DNA of 49,135 bases from Pseudomonadota bacterium (lineage in GTDB: Bacteria; Pseudomonadota; Gammaproteobacteria; Burkholderiales; SG8-39): NCBI GenBank assembly GCA_031380765.1, contig JANMXB010000463.1:1-49135 (forward strand). The letters run 5' to 3'. Shown piece by piece: positions 26,037 through 35,274 of this stretch (position 1 is the stretch's first letter; every line of letters begins with the position of its first letter). Both the position numbers and the translations under genes were made by a program. Below the pieces are notes generated by a model. The model did not search any database. It had not been told where the DNA came from and worked only from the letters and a program-made list of their open reading frames with translations.

Positions 26037-27101
26037 ATGTTCTACCGCGAAAACGGCCAGTACAAGACCACTTACGGCGCCGACCAGCAGATGCTGCCGA
26101 TCCTGCAGGACCGGATCTTCATGGGCGCATTGCTTGTGTTCGCCTTCCTGGCCGTGCCCTTTATCGCCAGCGACTACCTGTTCCTGTCGATCATCGTGCC
26201 CTTCCTGATTCTCACGGTCGCTGCGATCGGGCTCAACCTGCTGGTCGGTTACTGCGGTCAGATCTCGGTGGGTCACGCGGCTTTCATGTCGGTCGGCGCG
26301 TATGCCGCCTACAACCTCGTGTTGCGCGTTCCCCAGCTCAATTTCCTGGTCGTGCTGGTGATTGCAGGGGTGATCGCCGCGGCGGCCGGCATGCTGTTCG
26401 GGATCCCGAGCCTGCGCATCAAGGGTCTGTATCTTGCAGTAGCCACTCTTGCGGCGCAATTCTTCATGGATTGGTTGTTTGCACGGGTCAAGTGGTTCAC
26501 CAACTACGCCCCGTCGGGCTCGGTTTCGACTGCCGCGATCGATCTTTTCGGCTGGAAGATCCAGACGCCGGTGGACAAGTACCTGTTCCTGCTGGCCGTG
26601 CTGGTGGTGGCCACGCTGGTTGCGAAAAATCTGGTGCGCAGCCATATCGGCCGCGAGTGGATGGCCATGCGCGACATGGACGTGGCCGCCGAGGTCATCG
26701 GCATCCGGCCCGTGTATGCCAAGCTCACGGCGTTTGCGGTGAGTTCCTTCTATTGCGGGGTGGCGGGGGCGCTGTGGGGTTTCGTGCACCTTGGCTCGTG
26801 GGAGCCGCTGGCGTTCAGCATCAACCTGTCCTTCAACCTGCTGTTCATGATCATCATCGGCGGGATGGGCTCGATCCTCGGCAGCTATTTCGGCGCGTTG
26901 TTCATCGTCGCCCTGCCGATCCTGCTCAACCAGGTGCCGGCGATGCTCGGCGCCCCGATTTCCACCGCGACGGCCTCGCACCTGGAAGTCATGATCTTCG
27001 GCGCCCTCATCATCTTCTTTCTGATCGTCGAGCCCAACGGCCTCGCCCGCCTGTGGGCGATCGGCAAGGAAAAGCTGCGGTTGTGGCCGTTTCCGCACTG
27101 A
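26037..27101 (+). CDS. HAAT-family ABC transporter permease (LivM-like)
   Basis: ATG directly follows the LivH-like stop. GQISVGHAAFMSVGAY and IIIGGMGSILGSYFGA blocks. Confidence 0.95.
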   Translation: MFYRENGQYKTTYGADQQMLPILQDRIFMGALLVFAFLAVPFIASDYLFLSIIVPFLILTVAAIGLNLLVGYCGQISVGHAAFMSVGAYAAYNLVLRVPQLNFLVVLVIAGVIAAAAGMLFGIPSLRIKGLYLAVATLAAQFFMDWLFARVKWFTNYAPSGSVSTAAIDLFGWKIQTPVDKYLFLLAVLVVATLVAKNLVRSHIGREWMAMRDMDVAAEVIGIRPVYAKLTAFAVSSFYCGVAGALWGFVHLGSWEPLAFSINLSFNLLFMIIIGGMGSILGSYFGALFIVALPILLNQVPAMLGAPISTATASHLEVMIFGALIIFFLIVEPNGLARLWAIGKEKLRLWPFPH

Positions 27102-27168
27102 TGTGCCAAGATTTCCGTATCCGCCGGGGGTATCCCGCCGGTGGCGTCGTTCAAAGGAGGAAGTGGAG

Positions 27169-28512
27169 ATGAGACAAGCAACCCAAAGGAGGTTCCTGGC
27201 CGCAGCTGCCGGGGCGGTCGTTGCCCTCGCGGCCCTCGGCGCGAGCGCACCGGCCTATTCGCAGGCGAAGGAACAGTTCTTCCCGGTCCTCTCGTACCGC
27301 ACCGGCCCGTATGCGCCCAACGGCGTGCCATTCGCCAACGGTTATGTGGATTACCTCAAGCTCGTGAATGCGCGCGACGGCGGCATCAACGGGGTCAAGA
27401 TTACCTATGAGGAGTGCGAGACGGGGTATGCCACCGACCGCGGCGTGGAATGCTACGAGCGCCTGAAGGGAAAAGGCCCGACGGGTGCGACGCTGTTCCA
27501 GCCGCTTTCCACGGGAATCACTTTTGCGGTGACCGACAAGGCGCCGACCGACCGGATTCCCATCGTCACGGCCGGGTATGGCCGCGCCGATTCGGTGGAC
27601 GGCACGATCTTCGGCTGGAATTTTCCGCTTGGTGGAACCTACTGGGACGCCGCCGACATCCTGATCCAGCATGTGGGCAAGAAGGAAGGCGGCGTCGACA
27701 AGCTCAAGGGCAAGAAGATCGCGCTCGTCTATCACGATTCTCCGTACGGCAAGGAGCCGATCACGCTCCTGCAGGAGCGCTCGAAGATGCACGGCTACGA
27801 GCTTTTGCTGTTGCCGGTCACGCATCCCGGCGTTGAGCAGAAAGCCACCTGGCTGCAGATTCGCCAGCAACGGCCGGACTACGTCTTCCTGTGGGGCTGG
27901 GGGGTGATGAACTCCACCTCCATCAAGGAGGCCGTCGCCACCGGTTATCCACGCGAGAAGATGTACGGTGTGTGGTGGGCGGGTGCCGAGCCCGACGTGA
28001 CTCCCGCGGGCGACGGCGCGAAGGGTTACAACTCGCTCGTATTCCTCGCGCCGGCTGGCCAGGGCGCGGTGCACAAGGACATGATGAAGTATGTCTACGA
28101 CAAGGGCCAGGGCACGGGCAAGAAGGAAGAAGTCGGCGAGGTGCTCTACAACCGCGGCATGGTGTCCGCGATGATGGGCGTCGAAGGCGTAAAGCGCGCG
28201 CAACTCAAGTATGGCAAGAAGCCGCTCAAAGGCGAGGAAGTCCGCTGGGGCCTCGAGAACCTTGCCATCGACGCCGGTGTGATCAAGAAGCTCGGTTTCG
28301 ACGGCTTCATGACGCCGGTGTCAACGTCCTGCACCGATCACGAGGGCGCGCGCAGCGGCCACGTGCAGGCGTGGGACGGCAAGAAGTGGAACCCGACTTC
28401 GGGCAGCTATGAAGCCGACATGCAGATCATCAAGCCGCTGATCCGCGCTTCCGCGGAAAAGTACGCGGCGGAAAAGAAGATCGTGCGGCGCGACTGCGCG
28501 AAGGAACAGTAA
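27169..28512 (+). CDS. HAAT-family periplasmic substrate-binding protein with twin-arginine-like signal peptide
   Basis: ATG 27169 after AAGGAGGAAG. Signal MRQATQRRFLAAAAGAVVALAALGASAPAYSQA. Type I periplasmic binding-protein-like sequence. Confidence 0.9.
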   Translation: MRQATQRRFLAAAAGAVVALAALGASAPAYSQAKEQFFPVLSYRTGPYAPNGVPFANGYVDYLKLVNARDGGINGVKITYEECETGYATDRGVECYERLKGKGPTGATLFQPLSTGITFAVTDKAPTDRIPIVTAGYGRADSVDGTIFGWNFPLGGTYWDAADILIQHVGKKEGGVDKLKGKKIALVYHDSPYGKEPITLLQERSKMHGYELLLLPVTHPGVEQKATWLQIRQQRPDYVFLWGWGVMNSTSIKEAVATGYPREKMYGVWWAGAEPDVTPAGDGAKGYNSLVFLAPAGQGAVHKDMMKYVYDKGQGTGKKEEVGEVLYNRGMVSAMMGVEGVKRAQLKYGKKPLKGEEVRWGLENLAIDAGVIKKLGFDGFMTPVSTSCTDHEGARSGHVQAWDGKKWNPTSGSYEADMQIIKPLIRASAEKYAAEKKIVRRDCAKEQ

Positions 28513-28527
28513 TCCCGTAAGACCGTA

Positions 28528-28561
28528 CCCCGCTCCCGGAAGCGCACCGGGGGCGGTTTTT
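28528..28561 (+). terminator. intrinsic terminator/attenuator between the binding-protein gene and the last ABC ATPase gene
   Basis: 10-bp GC-rich stem (28530-28539 / 28547-28556, one G-U pair), 7-nt loop, then TTTTT (28557-28561). Confidence 0.55.
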
Positions 28562-28580
28562 CACTGGAGACCTCGCCCCG

Positions 28581-29384
28581 ATGAGCCAGCCTTTGCTCAC
28601 CGTCAACGGCATAGAAGTCATCTACAACCATGTCATCCTGGTGCTGAAGGGCGTTTCGCTCTCGGTGGCCGAGGGCAGCATCGTCGCGCTGCTCGGCGGC
28701 AACGGCGCGGGCAAGACCACCACCCTGCGCGCCGTGTCCAACCTGCTCAAGGGCGAGCGCGGCGAGGTGACCAAGGGCTACATCGAGTACAAGGGGGAAC
28801 GAATCGAGAAACTCACGCCGGCCGATCTCGTGAAGCGCGGCGTAATCCAGGTGATGGAAGGCCGCCATTGTTTCCAGCACCTGTCGATCGAAGAGAACCT
28901 GCTCACCGGCGCCTATACGAGCAATGCGGGTCGGGCCGGAATCGTTCAGGACCTGGAGAAGGTCTATGCATATTTCCCGCGACTGAAGGACCGTCGCGAC
29001 TCGCAATCCGGCTACACGTCAGGCGGCGAGCAGCAGATGACCGCGATCGGCCGCGCGCTGATGGCCCGTCCCAGAATGATCCTGCTCGACGAGCCTTCGA
29101 TGGGCCTCGCGCCGCAACTGGTCGAAGAAATATTCGAGATCGTGAAAGCGCTGAATACGAAGGAAGGCGTGAGCTTTCTGCTGGCCGAGCAGAACACCAA
29201 CATGGCGCTCAGGTACGCCGACTACGGCTACATCCTCGAGAACGGGCGCGTGGTGATGGATGGCGAGGGCAAGTCCCTGGCCGAGAACGAGGACGTCAAG
29301 GAGTTCTACCTCGGCTTTTCCTCCGGCGGCCGCAGGAGCTTCCGGGATGTGAAGTCGTATCGCCGCAGAAAGCGCTGGCTGTAA
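28581..29384 (+). CDS. HAAT-family ABC transporter ATP-binding protein (LivF-like)
   Basis: Walker A GGNGAGKTTTLR, signature TSGGEQQMTAIGRAL, Walker B ILLDEPSMGL. Confidence 0.95.
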   Translation: MSQPLLTVNGIEVIYNHVILVLKGVSLSVAEGSIVALLGGNGAGKTTTLRAVSNLLKGERGEVTKGYIEYKGERIEKLTPADLVKRGVIQVMEGRHCFQHLSIEENLLTGAYTSNAGRAGIVQDLEKVYAYFPRLKDRRDSQSGYTSGGEQQMTAIGRALMARPRMILLDEPSMGLAPQLVEEIFEIVKALNTKEGVSFLLAEQNTNMALRYADYGYILENGRVVMDGEGKSLAENEDVKEFYLGFSSGGRRSFRDVKSYRRRKRWL

Positions 29385-29425
29385 CGCAGTAGCCAGGCAA
29401 GCGCCACTCGCTTGACTTTGGCGTG

Positions 29426-30055
29426 TCAGGTTTTGCGCGCCGCCGCCACTGGAAGCGCATCGATGCGCCGCATTTCCGCGCTGGCGAGGATCGCGGGTTC
29501 CGCGAGCCATGCGTTGAAGAAATCGACCGAGTCGCTGCCCCAGAACAATTCGCCGTCCACCACGAACGTCGGCACGCCGAACACGCCTGAGGCAGCCGCC
29601 TCCTCGGTGTTGCGGCGCAGGCTGTCTTTTATTTCTGCCGTGGCGAGCGCCGCGATGTCGATCACGCCGAGCGAGCGCGCAAGGGCGGCGAAACTTTTCT
29701 CGTCGGCCGGATCCGCGCCCGTGGTCCAGATATGGTCGAACACGCGGCGCACCGCATCGGGCGTGGACCCGCAGGCGAGAATGAGGCGCTGGTAGTGCAG
29801 CGAGTTGAAAGGGTGCGCAGCCGGAAAGCGAAACGGCAAGCCGTGCGCATCCGCCCAGAACTGGCAGGAGCGATAGGTCCAGCGCCGCTTTGGAGCGATC
29901 TCCGCGGGCCCCTTCTGGCCCCAGTGATTGAGCAATCCCGCGAACAACACCGGCTTGTAGTCGATCGAGAGAGCCTTGGGCAACTCGCCGAAGCGCTGCA
30001 AATGCAGATAAGCGTACGGTGAGATCACATCGAAAAACCAGGTGGCATTGCGCAT
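29426..30055 (-). CDS. 2-hydroxychromene-2-carboxylate isomerase / DsbA-like thioredoxin-fold protein
   Basis: MRNATWFFDVISPYAYL..., C-terminal GVPTFVVDGELFWGSD. ATG 30055 has AAGGAGGA 7 nt upstream (the ORF-track start is 30079). Confidence 0.85.
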   Translation of the reverse strand: MRNATWFFDVISPYAYLHLQRFGELPKALSIDYKPVLFAGLLNHWGQKGPAEIAPKRRWTYRSCQFWADAHGLPFRFPAAHPFNSLHYQRLILACGSTPDAVRRVFDHIWTTGADPADEKSFAALARSLGVIDIAALATAEIKDSLRRNTEEAAASGVFGVPTFVVDGELFWGSDSVDFFNAWLAEPAILASAEMRRIDALPVAAARKT

Positions 30056-30117
30056 CGCGGTGTCCTCCTTGCGCTTCACTGTAACATTCCACCATCATCC
30101 GGCAGGGGGGCTGGCCC

Positions 30118-30993
30118 ATGCGTTTCAAGACTTTGCTGTACTCGGTCAAGGGGCGCATTGCGCGCATCACGCTCAACCGCCCGCAGAGGCTGAATGCGAT
30201 CAACCGGGAAATGCCGCCCGAAATCAGGCGCGCCGTCGAGGCGGCCAATCGCGACGACAGCGTCCACGTGATCGTGCTCTCGGGCGCCGGACGCGCATTC
30301 TGCGCGGGCTACGACCTCAAGACTTTCGCCGAGGAAAAGGGCGCGGTCGACCTCATCCAGGACATGCCGTGGGACCCGATGCAGGATTACCGCATCATGA
30401 AGGGCTACACCGACGACCTATTCTCGCTCTGGCGCAGCTACAAGCCGACGATCTGCAAGGTGCATGGCTACGCCGTGGCCGGCGGGAGCGACATCGCGCT
30501 GTGCGCGGACATCGTGGTCATGGCCGAAAACGCGCGTATTGGCTACATGCCGGCGCGGGTGTGGGGCTGCCCGACTACCGCGATGTGGGTGTATCGCCTG
30601 GGCGCCGAGAAAGCCAAGCGCATGCTGCTCACGGGCGATACGGTGGAGGGCAGGGAGGCGAAGAAAATGGGACTCGTGTACGACGCGGTGCCGGCGAAAA
30701 AGCTGGACGCGGCCGTGGATGCACTCGCGGCGCGCATGTCCGGCGTGCCGAAAAACCAGCTCATGATGCAAAAACTCATGATCAACCAGGCCTACGAGAA
30801 CATGGGCATCGCCAGCACCCAGATGATGGCGACGCTGTTCGACGGCATCACGCGGCATTCGCCGGAGGGTGTCTGGTTCAAGCAGTACGCCGAAGCACAC
30901 GGCTTTCACAAGGCCGTAGCCTGGCGGGACAGCGGCAAGCCGATCCCGGAAGGCAAAGCGGCCGCCGGCAAAGCGGGGAGGAAAAAACCATGA
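30118..30993 (+). CDS. enoyl-CoA hydratase/isomerase (crotonase) family protein
   Basis: [17 protein letters not shown]...[35 protein letters not shown]. Confidence 0.9.
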   Translation: MRFKTLLYSVKGRIARITLNRPQRLNAINREMPPEIRRAVEAANRDDSVHVIVLSGAGRAFCAGYDLKTFAEEKGAVDLIQDMPWDPMQDYRIMKGYTDDLFSLWRSYKPTICKVHGYAVAGGSDIALCADIVVMAENARIGYMPARVWGCPTTAMWVYRLGAEKAKRMLLTGDTVEGREAKKMGLVYDAVPAKKLDAAVDALAARMSGVPKNQLMMQKLMINQAYENMGIASTQMMATLFDGITRHSPEGVWFKQYAEAHGFHKAVAWRDSGKPIPEGKAAAGKAGRKKP

Positions 30994-31790
30994 CCGTGCG
31001 CATCGAAAAAAAGGGCGTTGTCTGGACGGTGATCCACAGCCGTCCGGAGGCGCGCAATGCGATGGACCCGCAGAGTGCCGATGCGCTCGAAGGGGCCTTC
31101 GCCGCGTTCAATGCCGATCCCGAGGCTTCGGTCGCGGTTCTGTGGGGCGAGGGCGGCGCCTTCTGCGCCGGCTTCGATCTCAAGTACAGCGCCTCGCTTG
31201 TCGGCAATCCGCGTCCGCTCGCATCGCTCGCCTATCCACCGGGCGAGGGCCCGGCGCCGCGCGGGCCGATGGGTCCGACGCGCATGGAGCTCGACAAGCC
31301 TGTGATCGCCGCTGTGGCTGGCCCGGCGGTGGCCGGCGGCTTCGAGATCGCGCTGTGGTGCGATGTCCGGATCATGGAGGCGTCGGCCTACTTCGGCGTT
31401 TATTGCCGGCGCTGGGGCGTACCGCTGATCGACGGTGGCACGGTCAGGCTTCCCCGCTTGGTGGGTACCGGGCGGGCGATGGAGATCATCCTGACCGGGC
31501 GCAAGGTGCCGGCCGAGGAAGCGCTGCGCATCGGCTGCTGCGAGCAGGTGGTGCCGGACGGGTCTTCGCGCCAGGCCGCGGAGGCCATGGCCCATGAAAT
31601 CGCGCGTTTCCCGCAGATATGCATGCGTGCCGACCGGCGCTCGGTCAATAACCAGCACGGGCATTCGTTGCGCGAAGCCATGGAGTTCGAATGGCGCAAC
31701 GGCGTGCCCGCTTTTGCCGCCGAGGGTGCGGCGGGCGCCGCGCGCTTTTCCTCAGGCAAGGGCAGGCACGGAAACTTCTCCGACCTTTAG
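30990..31790 (+). CDS. enoyl-CoA hydratase/isomerase (crotonase) family protein
   Basis: ATGA overlap with the previous gene. [16 protein letters not shown]...[34 protein letters not shown]. Confidence 0.9.
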   Translation: MTVRIEKKGVVWTVIHSRPEARNAMDPQSADALEGAFAAFNADPEASVAVLWGEGGAFCAGFDLKYSASLVGNPRPLASLAYPPGEGPAPRGPMGPTRMELDKPVIAAVAGPAVAGGFEIALWCDVRIMEASAYFGVYCRRWGVPLIDGGTVRLPRLVGTGRAMEIILTGRKVPAEEALRIGCCEQVVPDGSSRQAAEAMAHEIARFPQICMRADRRSVNNQHGHSLREAMEFEWRNGVPAFAAEGAAGAARFSSGKGRHGNFSDL

Positions 31791-31854
31791 AAACCGAGAT
31801 TTATAAACAATCCACGGCGCAGAACCAATAAGGGCGCGGCCGGCAGGGCGATCT

Positions 31855-32040
31855 CTATGTCTTTTCCGGCATAGACTCTGCGGTACGCCGCCGTCCGGCG
31901 ACAGCAAACAGAACGATCTCGCGCTGCGCGTCGTTCATGTCGCGCCAGCGCGCGATCTCATCGAGCGTGCGCCAGCAACCGACGCAAACGTCCTTCGCGG
32001 GATCCATGCGGCAGACTTCAACGCAGGGTGATTCCACCAC
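31855..32040 (-). CDS. DUF1289-like small cysteine-rich protein
   Basis: 61 aa, GTG start immediately after the HMG-CoA lyase stop. SPCVEVCRMDPAKDVCVGCWRTLDEIARW (C-x3-C-x8-C-x2-C). Confidence 0.7.
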   Translation of the reverse strand: MVESPCVEVCRMDPAKDVCVGCWRTLDEIARWRDMNDAQREIVLFAVAGRRRTAESMPEKT

Positions 32041-32961
32041 TTAAGCGGCCTTCTTCGCGCGCTTTGCCGCGATGGCCCGTCCGGCCTTGGAGCCGGGTTC
32101 GCGCTTGAGGATCGCGCAGATCCATTCGCCGGTTTCGACGATGCTGTTCAGGTCCACGCCGGTTTCGATGCCCAGGCCCTGCAGCATGTAGAGCACGTCT
32201 TCAGTGGCGACGTTGCCGGAAGCGCCCGCCGCGTAAGGGCAGCCGCCCAGTCCCGCCACCGACGAATCGAAGGTGGCCATGCCCATTTCCAGCGATGCGT
32301 AGATATTGGCCAGCGCCTGCCCATAAGTGTCATGGTAGTGTCCGGCCAGTTTCGCGACTGGCACGAACCGGGCAACGGCCTCGATCATCGCTTTTGTCCT
32401 GAGGGGTGTCCCGGCGCCGATGGTGTCGCCAAGCGAGATCTCGTAACAACCCATCTCAAAAAGCACTTTCGACACTTCGGCCACTTTGGCCGGCGCAATT
32501 TCGCCTTCGTACGGGCAGGCGAGTACGCAGGAGACATAGCCGCGCACCCTCACGTCAGCCTTTGCGGCAGCGTCGGCGACCGGGCGAAAGCGCTCCAGCG
32601 ATTCGGCGATCGAGCAGTTGATGTTCTTTTTCGAAAAGGATTCGGACGCCGCGCCGAAAATCGCGACCTCTGTTGCGCCAGCGGCCAATGCCGCCTCGAA
32701 GCCTTTCAGGTTCGGCGTGAGGACGGGGTAGGACACGCCGGGCTTCCTGCGGATGCCCTCCAGCACCTCGGTGTGGTCGGCCATCTGCGGGATCCACTTT
32801 GGCGAAACGAACGCGGTGGCCTCGATTGCGGCAAGTCCGGCGTTGCCGAGCCGCTCGATCAGCTCGAGCTTGACGGCCGTCGGCACTTCGCCCGGCTCGT
32901 TCTGCAGGCCGTCGCGCGGGCCCATCTCTACGATACGAACGCGTTTGGGGAGCGATATCAT
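32041..32961 (-). CDS. liuE: hydroxymethylglutaryl-CoA lyase
   Basis: [22 protein letters not shown]...GDTIGAGTP...[12 protein letters not shown]...GLGGCPYA. The 138-codon upstream ORF extension is low-complexity and rejected. Confidence 0.95.
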   Translation of the reverse strand: MISLPKRVRIVEMGPRDGLQNEPGEVPTAVKLELIERLGNAGLAAIEATAFVSPKWIPQMADHTEVLEGIRRKPGVSYPVLTPNLKGFEAALAAGATEVAIFGAASESFSKKNINCSIAESLERFRPVADAAAKADVRVRGYVSCVLACPYEGEIAPAKVAEVSKVLFEMGCYEISLGDTIGAGTPLRTKAMIEAVARFVPVAKLAGHYHDTYGQALANIYASLEMGMATFDSSVAGLGGCPYAAGASGNVATEDVLYMLQGLGIETGVDLNSIVETGEWICAILKREPGSKAGRAIAAKRAKKAA

Positions 32962-33145
32962 GGCGGGATTGTATCGTGCGCGGTACTCACATCCGGTACC
33001 GCGCGCATCTGTCGAGCGCGAATGCCGGAAGTAAGTAGAAAAATCCGCTTTTCGCCGGAAGCAGCAAATCGGCGCGCGGAATTTGTGGATACGGACGCAA
33101 TTGGCTACTATCGAAGTCGTGTTCCAAAAAATCCGAGGCGAAGCC

Positions 33146-33379
33146 GTGACTACCCTGGAAATCAGTTTGCCCGACAGCCTCGCAGAGGAAGCGAAAGCGG
33201 CGGGGCTGCTTGCGCCCGAGGCAATCGAACAGATGGTGCGCGAGGCCATTCGCCGGCGCGCAATGGAGGAACTCAAGCAGGCAATGGATCGAATGGCGGC
33301 GGTCGACGGCCCGGTGATGACACCGAAAGAAATCCAGGAGGAGATCAGGGCCGCGCGCGCAGAGCGGCGCGCCAAGTAA
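33146..33379 (+). CDS. putative antitoxin of the adjacent PIN toxin
   Basis: 77 aa from GTG 33146 (the ORF-track start 33083 is also possible). It ends 4 nt before the PIN gene. Small charged helical protein with no fold recognisable by eye. Confidence 0.5.
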   Translation: MTTLEISLPDSLAEEAKAAGLLAPEAIEQMVREAIRRRAMEELKQAMDRMAAVDGPVMTPKEIQEEIRAARAERRAK

Positions 33380-33383
33380 GCGC

Positions 33384-33800
33384 GTGCGGCTGGTACTTGA
33401 TACCAATACCGTCGTCTCCGGACTGCTGTGGGACAGGAAACCTTCGCTACTGATCAAAGCGGCCCTGCAAGGACACGTTGAAGTCTTCACAAGCCAAACC
33501 CTGCTGCTCGAACTGGAAGATGTACTGCCGCGACGCAAACTGGCTCGGCGTGTCAGCGCATCCGGTCTGAGCGTCGCGCAACTGACGGCGCGTTTCGCTC
33601 TGCTGGCGAGAATAGCCGTACCGGCAGCCATCTCACCCATTTCCGTTGACCCCGACGACGATCACGTGCTCGCCTGCGCCCTCGCGGCGCAAGCGGACCT
33701 CATCATCTCGGGTGATTCGGATCTACTCAATCTGAAGTTCTATCGGGGTATCCCGATCCTCGCCGCGGCTGAGGGGCTCGAACGCATTGCCATCCGCTGA
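33384..33800 (+). CDS. PIN-domain toxin (TIGR00305-like putative TA system toxin)
   Basis: GTG start. [13 protein letters not shown]..., [27 protein letters not shown] acidic PIN residues. Confidence 0.85.
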   Translation: MRLVLDTNTVVSGLLWDRKPSLLIKAALQGHVEVFTSQTLLLELEDVLPRRKLARRVSASGLSVAQLTARFALLARIAVPAAISPISVDPDDDHVLACALAAQADLIISGDSDLLNLKFYRGIPILAAAEGLERIAIR

Positions 33801-33872
33801 CACCGCATAAAGATTGGCGATGTGAAGATCATGCCGCCGGCGGCCTATCGCAAGCAACACTAGAATCGGACC

Positions 33873-35273
<1,401 letters not shown>

Positions 35274-35274
35274 A

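Noticed and set aside
25011-27098. 695-aa minus-strand ORF across the permease genes
   Set aside because: It is antisense to two clearly recognisable LivH/LivM-type permeases. Its composition is dominated by R/D/E/H/G/Q with no hydrophobic core or motif.
33861-33866. TAGAAT hexamer 7 nt before the asnS ATG, suggesting a leaderless asnS mRNA. Similar TAGAAT hexamers occur at about 17915 and 42211.
   Set aside because: No acceptable -35 element lies at 16-18 nt in any of the three cases. A hexamer match alone is not evidence.
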